Below are positions 57,489 to 64,000 of a DNA stretch of 64,000 nucleotides, piece after piece (position 1 is the stretch's first letter; every line of letters begins with the position of its first letter). The position numbers and the translations under genes are program-made. The DNA is taken from positions 288,001 through 352,000 of the forward strand of contig CAVZQN010000003.1 in NCBI GenBank assembly GCA_963777505.1, given 5' to 3'. The DNA is from an uncultured bacterium (GTDB lineage: Bacteria > Acidobacteriota > HRBIN11 > JAKEFK01). The notes beneath the pieces were generated by a model. It ran no database searches. It saw nothing but the letters and a program-made list of their open reading frames with translations, and had not been told where the DNA came from.

Positions 57489-58007
57489 ATGATCAGGGCA
57501 TATCTCGACAAGACTCCGCAATTTGATGAAACCGTCTTTATAGAGGATAGCGCGCAAGTTATCGGCGATGTTGTGATCGGCCCTCATTCCAGCATCTGGT
57601 TTAATGCTACAGTTCGCGGAGACGTTCATTTCATCAGGATCGGCACTTACACAAATATCCAGGATAATTCTGTGATCCACGTGACAAATGGACGCTTTCC
57701 AACGATCTTGGAGGACTATGTGACTGTTGGTCATAGTGTGACTCTTCATGGATGTCACATAAAATCCAATAACCTGATTGGAATCGGAAGCATTGTTATG
57801 GATGATGTGGTCATTGACGAATATTGCATTATTGGAGCTGGTGCTCTTCTGACTCCCGGAACGAAAGTTCAGGCAAGAAGTGTGATGCTGGGTGCGCCCG
57901 CACGGCGCGTCCGTGAAGTTACTGAAGACGATATTGCATGGATCCGCAAGCATGCAACGAATTATTACGATTACAAAGAAACGTATAAAAAAATGTACGG
58001 AAGGTAA
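57489..58007 (+). CDS. Gamma carbonic anhydrase family protein (YrdA-like)
   Basis: Hexapeptide repeats, IGDV, RGD, NIQDNSVIH, VGHSVTLHGC. Confidence 0.92.
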   Translation: MIRAYLDKTPQFDETVFIEDSAQVIGDVVIGPHSSIWFNATVRGDVHFIRIGTYTNIQDNSVIHVTNGRFPTILEDYVTVGHSVTLHGCHIKSNNLIGIGSIVMDDVVIDEYCIIGAGALLTPGTKVQARSVMLGAPARRVREVTEDDIAWIRKHATNYYDYKETYKKMYGR

Positions 58008-58016
58008 TGATTTTTC

Positions 58017-59258
58017 ATGATTAAAGCTGTAAAAGGAACGCGCGATATCATGTCGCCGGAAATTGAAAAATGGCTTTTTGTTGAAGAAAAGGCCCGGGAA
58101 ATCTGTTCTATATATGGATACGATGAAATCCGTACACCCATGTTCGAAGCGACAGAGCTTTTTGCGCGTGGAATTGGTGAAGTCACCGATATTGTGACGA
58201 AACAAATGTTCACATTTCCGATCGGCCGCGAACAGCAAGTCAGTTTGCGCCCGGAAAATACCGCTCCGGTTGTGCGGGCGTTTGTTGAACATGGAATCGA
58301 TAATGAGCCTTCGATCACAAAATGGTATTACCTTGGCCCCATGTTTCGGTATGAACAGCCTCAAAAAGGGCGGTATCGTCAATTCAGTCAATTCGGAATT
58401 GAAGTTCTGGGAACCGAAAATCCTGCCGTTGATGCAGAGGTCATTGAATTGCTTGTCCGTTTCTTGGAATCCACTGGTCTGCAGAATTTTGAAACGCAAC
58501 TGAATTCAGTTGGATGCTCTCTGTGCCGTCCGCGTTACACTGCCGCATTGCAAGAAATCCTTCGGAATAAAAAGCAGCAGATGTGCGCTGATTGTCAGGA
58601 AAGGATTGAGAAAAATCCATTGCGGGTTTTGGATTGTAAAGTGGAAGCGGATCAGCCAATTATCGAAGCTCTTCCTTCGATTGATGAGTATTTATGTGAA
58701 GAATGCAAAATACATTTTGATGCAGTGCAAAAATATTTGAAGCTTTCCAGTATCGACACTGTTCGAAATAAACGTCTTGTGCGTGGTTTGGATTATTACA
58801 CGAAGACGACGTTTGAAATTGTGGCCGCCGGACTAGGAGCTCAAAACACAGTCGCAGGTGGTGGACGTTACGACGGTCTTGTTGAGGAAGTAGGAGGAAA
58901 GCCGACGAAGGCGATCGGCTTTGCGTTGGGTCTGGATCGATTGGTCCTCGCCATTCCTGAAACCTCAAGCCAACGTGGTGGAGTTCGCGTTTTCATAGTT
59001 GCTCTGGATGACGCTGCCTTCGATTATGCGTTTGAGCAAGTTCAACTACCATTGAGAAAGTCGGGAATTCCAAGTGAGATCGATTATCAGAGGCGGAGTG
59101 TGAAAGCAGCAATGAGGCAGGCCGATCGCAAAAAGGTCGATTGGGCGATTCTTGTTGGTGATCAGGAACGTCAGGAAGGAAAAGTTACATTGAAAAATAT
59201 GAAGACAGGGGAACAGGAGAAATATTCAGTAAGGGAAGTGATTGAGAAAATACGATGA
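58017..59258 (+). CDS. hisS: Histidine--tRNA ligase
   Basis: KGTRD, LRPENTA, FRYEQPQKGRYRQFSQ, LVRGLDYY, GGGRYDGL, GFALGLDRL. Confidence 0.97.
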   Translation: MIKAVKGTRDIMSPEIEKWLFVEEKAREICSIYGYDEIRTPMFEATELFARGIGEVTDIVTKQMFTFPIGREQQVSLRPENTAPVVRAFVEHGIDNEPSITKWYYLGPMFRYEQPQKGRYRQFSQFGIEVLGTENPAVDAEVIELLVRFLESTGLQNFETQLNSVGCSLCRPRYTAALQEILRNKKQQMCADCQERIEKNPLRVLDCKVEADQPIIEALPSIDEYLCEECKIHFDAVQKYLKLSSIDTVRNKRLVRGLDYYTKTTFEIVAAGLGAQNTVAGGGRYDGLVEEVGGKPTKAIGFALGLDRLVLAIPETSSQRGGVRVFIVALDDAAFDYAFEQVQLPLRKSGIPSEIDYQRRSVKAAMRQADRKKVDWAILVGDQERQEGKVTLKNMKTGEQEKYSVREVIEKIR

Positions 59259-61012
59259 AACGGGATTTATATTGCGGCGAAATTCGCAAAGAACATATTG
59301 GCAGAAATGTAGTCATCGCGGGGTGGGTAGCGCGCCGACGCGACCTCGGTTCACTCATTTTTATTGAATTGCGTGACCGCTATGGTTTAGTTCAAGTCGT
59401 GTTTAATCCGCAGGAAAATGAAGAAGCACACAGAATCGCCAAAAATTTGCGGCCTGAATTTGTCGTTCAAATTGAAGGACGAGTAGTCGAAAGAACTGCC
59501 TCAACTGTAAACGCGAATATGCCCTCAGGTGAGATCGAAATGGCAGCTACAAATCTCACGATTCTAAATGAAGCAAAGACTCCTCCATTTCCTATCGAAA
59601 ATGAAGTGAACATATCTGACGACCTCAGATTGAAATATCGATATCTGGATTTACGCCGGCCGAATATGCAGCAGAATTTGATCGTGCGCCATAAGTCCGT
59701 TCTTGCTGCGCGAAAATTCCTGGATGAACAAGGTTTTCTTGAAATTGAGACTCCTATGTTGACAAAATCCACCCCTGAAGGCGCTCGGGATTATCTTGTT
59801 CCAAGCCGTGTAAATGCTGGAAAGTTTTATGCGCTGCCTCAATCTCCACAAATCTTTAAACAACTTTTAATGGTTTCCGGATTCGATAAATATTTCCAGA
59901 TTGTGAGATGTTTTCGCGATGAGGATTTGCGAGCAGACCGCCAGCCCGAATTCACGCAAATCGATATCGAAATGTCATTTGTTGAAATGGACAATGTAAT
60001 TGCACTCGTAGAGCCATTGATTCAGCGTATTTTCTCGGCTGCCGGTTATGACATCAGCATTCCATTTCGAAGAATTCCTTACGATGAAGCGATGAACCGA
60101 TTTGGTTCGGATAAACCGGACCTCCGTTTCGGCGCGGAAATTCAAGATGTAAGTAATTGGGCATCACAAACAGCATTCCGTATATTTCAACAAGCGGAAC
60201 GCGTAAAGGCGATTGTTGCGCCTCAGCTTGGCCGGTATTCGCGAAAAGATCTGGATCAATTGGATGTAAAAGGCAAGGAGTTTGGAGCTGCCGGTCTGAT
60301 CTGGATCAAGAAAACGCAGGAAGGATTTCAGTCATCAATCTTAAAAGCGGTCGGAGAAGAAAAAATTGCCGAAGTGTGGAAGCAAGTCGCTGCGGCCGAT
60401 TCCGATCTTGTATTACTGGTGGCAGGCGGCAACGACGTTGTGAATTCTGCTCTAGGCCAAATGCGGATTTATCTCTCGAGACAGGAAAAATGGTTACGAC
60501 CTGAGGATTATCAATTTGCATGGATTTATCAGTTCCCCCTCTTTGAATTTGATAAAGAAGACAACAGATATGTGTCGTGCCATCATCCATTTACGTCCCC
60601 TATGCCCGAATGGAAAGAAAAGCTTGAGGAGAGTCCAGAAAAAGCTATTGCACAAGCCTATGATGTAGTGTGTAATGGATATGAAATTGGGGGAGGGAGT
60701 ATTAGGATACACGATCCCGCCGTTCAGTCGCGTGTTTTTAAAACACTCAGTTTAAGCCGAGAAGAAGCACAGCAGAAGTTTGGATTTTTGCTGGATGCAC
60801 TTTCTTTTGGAGCTCCTCCTCATGGAGGAATCGCTCTTGGTATGGATCGTCTTGCAATGTTACTTGCAGGCGAAGAGTCAATTCGCGAAGTCATCGCTTT
60901 TCCAAAAACCAGCAGTGCAGTTGACCTAATGTCAGATTCTCCTTCTGAGGTCTCACCTCGACAATTGAAAGATCTGCATATCTCCATTAAAAAAGATGAA
61001 AGTAAGCAATAA
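59255..61012 (+). CDS. aspS: Aspartate--tRNA ligase
   Basis: RRRDLGSLIF, RYLDLRR, STPEGARDY, LPQSPQIFKQ, FRDEDLRADRQPEFTQ, GGGSIRIH, PPHGGIALG. Confidence 0.97.
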   Translation: MKRDLYCGEIRKEHIGRNVVIAGWVARRRDLGSLIFIELRDRYGLVQVVFNPQENEEAHRIAKNLRPEFVVQIEGRVVERTASTVNANMPSGEIEMAATNLTILNEAKTPPFPIENEVNISDDLRLKYRYLDLRRPNMQQNLIVRHKSVLAARKFLDEQGFLEIETPMLTKSTPEGARDYLVPSRVNAGKFYALPQSPQIFKQLLMVSGFDKYFQIVRCFRDEDLRADRQPEFTQIDIEMSFVEMDNVIALVEPLIQRIFSAAGYDISIPFRRIPYDEAMNRFGSDKPDLRFGAEIQDVSNWASQTAFRIFQQAERVKAIVAPQLGRYSRKDLDQLDVKGKEFGAAGLIWIKKTQEGFQSSILKAVGEEKIAEVWKQVAAADSDLVLLVAGGNDVVNSALGQMRIYLSRQEKWLRPEDYQFAWIYQFPLFEFDKEDNRYVSCHHPFTSPMPEWKEKLEESPEKAIAQAYDVVCNGYEIGGGSIRIHDPAVQSRVFKTLSLSREEAQQKFGFLLDALSFGAPPHGGIALGMDRLAMLLAGEESIREVIAFPKTSSAVDLMSDSPSEVSPRQLKDLHISIKKDESKQ

Positions 61013-61967
61013 CACACGCGTCGAGGCCTTATATCTTGACCGCATCAGCCGATTATCTTCATCGATGGCAAGTGTCATCCGCGGAAAACACGAGGCAATT
61101 CAGTTGACACTGACCACTCTTCTTTCAGGAGGACATCTTCTGATTGAAGATGTTCCAGGAATCGGGAAAACAATGCTAGCGCAAACTCTTGCGCGATCTA
61201 TTTCGTGCGATTTTCATCGGATTCAGTTCACTTCAGACTTAATGCCTTCTGATATTACAGGCGTATCAATTTGGAATTCGCGGGATCAGGAATTCGTTTT
61301 TAAAGCCGGTCCGATTTTTTCAAACATTGTGCTGGCAGATGAAATTAATCGCGGCTCTCCGAAAACTCAAAGCGCTTTGCTTGAAGCAATGAGTGAATTT
61401 CAGGTAACAGTTGACAACCTTACATATGAGCTGTCACGGCCATATATGGTAATCGCTACTCAAAATCCTGCCGAACATTATGGAACATATCCATTACCCG
61501 AGTCTCAGTTAGACCGGTTCTTGATGCGGATCCGGATTGGATATCCTGATGAGATGCGCGAAAAGGAGATTATTCGAAGTCAGGAATTTGAGCATCCATT
61601 AAATAAAGTACAGCATGTTCTTGAGCGAAATGAAGTGATCATGTTTCAAGAACAGGTGAAGAATGTACTTGTTGAGGATACTGTTCTTTCTTACTTACTG
61701 AGCATTGTCACTGCAACCCGGAACTCACCGCTGATCTCGGTCGGGTGCAGCCCTCGCGGTTCGCTTTATTATTTCCGTGCAGCACAGGCTCATGCATTCT
61801 TAAAAGGCCGCGACTATGTCATTCCCGATGATATTAAAAGTTTGTCGATCCCATTGCTTGCACATCGGATCCTGTTAAAATCATCAACTGTATTCCAGGA
61901 CCAACGTTCTGAAGAGGCTGAAAGGGTTATCCGTCAGATTGTGGATACCGTGTCTGTGCCGCTTTGA
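60996..61967 (+). CDS. moxR: MoxR family AAA+ ATPase
   Basis: EDVPGIGKT, RIQFTSDLMPSD, LADEINR, ATQNP, PLPESQLDRF, SPRGS. Confidence 0.93.
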   Translation: MKVSNNTRVEALYLDRISRLSSSMASVIRGKHEAIQLTLTTLLSGGHLLIEDVPGIGKTMLAQTLARSISCDFHRIQFTSDLMPSDITGVSIWNSRDQEFVFKAGPIFSNIVLADEINRGSPKTQSALLEAMSEFQVTVDNLTYELSRPYMVIATQNPAEHYGTYPLPESQLDRFLMRIRIGYPDEMREKEIIRSQEFEHPLNKVQHVLERNEVIMFQEQVKNVLVEDTVLSYLLSIVTATRNSPLISVGCSPRGSLYYFRAAQAHAFLKGRDYVIPDDIKSLSIPLLAHRILLKSSTVFQDQRSEEAERVIRQIVDTVSVPL

Positions 61968-61994
61968 TCTTCCGTTTCTAAGAGGTAAAAATAT

Positions 61995-62285
61995 ATGGGA
62001 CAAATTGGGGATACTGCATTCGCAGAAGCAGTCGTTGCTACAAAGAAAGATGCAAAACTAGTCGCTGCCGCAAAGAATGACCGGACAAACTCTCCTTCAT
62101 CGCTGTATCGTGAATTTGAAAAACTACCGGTAGAAAGAAGACGGGATATCATTGCCCAGATTTCTGCTGAGAATTTTGTAGCAGCTCAATGGAAAATTGT
62201 TTTTCCTTTGAACAATTTTTCCGCCGAAGCTCTGCCGCATGCACTCCTTGCCGCCGGCAAAGGCGTTGTTTTTTACGCGCGATGA
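61995..62285 (+). CDS. Hypothetical helical protein, N-terminal part (probable +1 frameshift in T6 at 62269-62274)
   Basis: SD GAGG upstream; overlaps the next ORF in another frame. Confidence 0.5.
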   Translation: MGQIGDTAFAEAVVATKKDAKLVAAAKNDRTNSPSSLYREFEKLPVERRRDIIAQISAENFVAAQWKIVFPLNNFSAEALPHALLAAGKGVVFYAR

Positions 62286-62799
62286 AGATTCTGTGCGAGA
62301 AACAGTTCGAGCAATCAAAATTTATGAGCGAAGTCCTTATTTGAAAAATATTGCCTCAAATTTGGCTCATGCTGCTGAAACGGGAAGTGATTTAGGAAAA
62401 GTTGGTCCAATTTTGACCGAGCCATCTTTGTATGGACTGCTTAAAGATCTCGAACCATCCAACCCAAACTCAGAACGTATCGTGGATGCTGTTTGCAGAA
62501 TCGCAGGCTACACACGCAGCTTGGACAGCGCCCTTGCTGCCACAAAATTCTTATTCGCACGCAGACATTTTGCTTATCTTCCCGAGCTTGCTTCCCTTGT
62601 CGAAAATGCAATTTTTCTTGCTCGTGACCAACGAAGCGTCAAACAGATTCTGGATGGATTCACCGCAGGTTCAATCGATGTGGTGATGCAACGGCAAACG
62701 GGCAATAAGAGTGCACTTTCTGCCATTAGCGATATCGCCTGGAAATCACGAAACTGGAAAACGATCCGCGATCATCTTCAAGAATATCTGGCGAGTTAA
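62239..62799 (+). CDS. Hypothetical helical protein, C-terminal part (joined ~267 aa)
   Basis: Internal similarity FTRDEDSVRE / LARDQRSVKQ suggests helical repeats. Confidence 0.5.
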   Translation: MHSLPPAKALFFTRDEDSVRETVRAIKIYERSPYLKNIASNLAHAAETGSDLGKVGPILTEPSLYGLLKDLEPSNPNSERIVDAVCRIAGYTRSLDSALAATKFLFARRHFAYLPELASLVENAIFLARDQRSVKQILDGFTAGSIDVVMQRQTGNKSALSAISDIAWKSRNWKTIRDHLQEYLAS

Positions 62800-62806
62800 C
62801 ACTCAA

Positions 62807-63598
62807 TTATTCAGGTTTCATCGCGAAGAATACTTTTCTGTAGTTAGTCGCAAGTGGATGCGTGGAAAGAATTGGCGGAAACAAAACATTCTTCAGCACC
62901 ATTGACTCTTCGAAACTCTTTTCATCAATGACGGTTACTTGAAACCCTGCAGCTTGAACAATCTCCGAAAAATTAGCGCCGTAAATTCGCAAATGATCTG
63001 ACTGGCCAAAGACTCGTTCGCGATCTGCAGGATCAGTAATAGTCGAATCCTCATAGGTATCGGCTAGTCCATCTTTTTGAGGTACCGTAAGGATTGCATA
63101 ACCTTGCGGACGCAAAATGCGGAATATTTCTTGTAAGGCCAGATGATCATTTGAAACGTGCTCCAATACATCGCACGCAACCACAGTGTCGTACTTTTCT
63201 TCCTTCAATTGCTTCATGTTTGTAATGTCCAATTTCAGGTCAGCCGAATCGTCCACATTCGCGGTGACATAACTCGCTGAAGATTTTCTAATTAATTTTG
63301 CGAGTACTGTTTCCGGAGCAAAATGTAGCACATCTTTACCACGGATTAACTTTTCCATGGAAAGGCTTTGATTTTTTTGTAAAGCCGCTGCCAGCAGGCG
63401 ATGCCTTATCTCTGAACGGCATTTCCAGCAAATTGTGTATGGATGCCAGTTATCGCTATCAAAATGCCGGCCTGTCCATCCGCAGATGTTACATTCAACC
63501 TTTTTAGGAAAACTGATTTGAGCCGCAAACGCGGCGGACTTTAACTTTCGGATAACACGGTCGACTAAATTCAGACTCACCCTCGCTATTGAGTTCAA
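62807..63598 (-). CDS. Class I SAM-dependent methyltransferase with N-terminal CxxC...CxxC
   Basis: CNICG...CWKCRSEIRHRLL, LHFAPE, DVLEHV, FGQSDHLRIYG. Confidence 0.82.
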   Translation of the reverse strand: MNSIARVSLNLVDRVIRKLKSAAFAAQISFPKKVECNICGWTGRHFDSDNWHPYTICWKCRSEIRHRLLAAALQKNQSLSMEKLIRGKDVLHFAPETVLAKLIRKSSASYVTANVDDSADLKLDITNMKQLKEEKYDTVVACDVLEHVSNDHLALQEIFRILRPQGYAILTVPQKDGLADTYEDSTITDPADRERVFGQSDHLRIYGANFSEIVQAAGFQVTVIDEKSFEESMVLKNVLFPPILSTHPLATNYRKVFFAMKPE

Positions 63599-63718
63599 CT
63601 CCGTGACTGTACGATACCGAATAAGCGCAGCTTAAACAAGCATCGCACGCTGAGACAAGGATGATTCGTAAAATTCGTCTATAACCACTATCGAATGTTA
63701 GAATTATGATTCAAGCCT

Positions 63719-64000
63719 ATGGAAACCGCACGTATTCTGATTATTGAAGATGATCCTGATTTTGGCAGGACTGCAAAATCACTTCTTGAGCAAGAAGGGA
63801 TGGAAGTTGAAACTGCCAAAACCAGTGCAGAAGCATTTGAGCGTTTATTGTATTCACCCTTTGATGTTGTTTTGCTTGATCTGGTTCTTGGTGAAGAATC
63901 CGGATTGAGTATTCTGCGCGAATTAAATACATCAGGCAGCACAATTCCAATCATAATCATGACTGCTCATGCTTCGATCGAAACAGTTACAGAAGCAATG
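63719..64000 (+). CDS. Response regulator receiver domain, NtrC-like (runs off the window)
   Basis: Manual translation: METARILIIEDD...FDVVLLDLVL...SGLSIL...PIIIMTAHASIETVTEAM. Confidence 0.85.
   Translation, partial: METARILIIEDDPDFGRTAKSLLEQEGMEVETAKTSAEAFERLLYSPFDVVLLDLVLGEESGLSILRELNTSGSTIPIIIMTAHASIETVTEAM

Noticed and set aside
57474-58499. 341-aa minus-strand ORF
   Set aside because: Antisense shadow of gamma-CA and hisS; no recognisable motifs.

Overview
Bacterial chromosomal segment, roughly 42-43% GC by eye; the gene content suggests an uncultured diderm such as an Acidobacteriota-like MAG (inference). About 48 kb (1-48650) is one large surface-polysaccharide locus. It holds a Wzc-type copolymerase/kinase, Wzm and Wzt (16.5 kb apart), an OPX/beta-barrel export pair, about 10 glycosyltransferases, an O-antigen ligase/polymerase-like protein, two asparagine-synthase-like amidotransferases and a CDP-/C-methyl-sugar module (RfbF, RfbC, SDR, C-methyltransferase, DUF4910, 2OG-Fe(II) oxygenase, class III aminotransferase, PIG-L). 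It also encodes a WecB-WecC fusion and a large secreted PQQ-dehydrogenase/Cys-repeat protein. The most unusual element is a CapD/PglF-type nucleotide-sugar dehydratase whose C-terminal part is fused in frame to TPR repeats and an HD-GYP (cyclic-dinucleotide phosphodiesterase) domain, lying downstream of a sigma54-type promoter motif. The remainder has uvrD/pcrA, a GNAT, a ~1600-aa pseudokinase-STAND-TPR-GAF-sigma54 activator, an orphan DppB, gamma-CA, hisS, aspS, moxR, a methyltransferase and a partial response regulator. Five genes carry single-base frameshifts, most likely assembly indels. A 147-nt rod-like structured element lies at 4014-4160. No rRNA, tRNA, CRISPR array or transposase was seen. 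Domain calls come from motif recognition by eye; no database searches were run.
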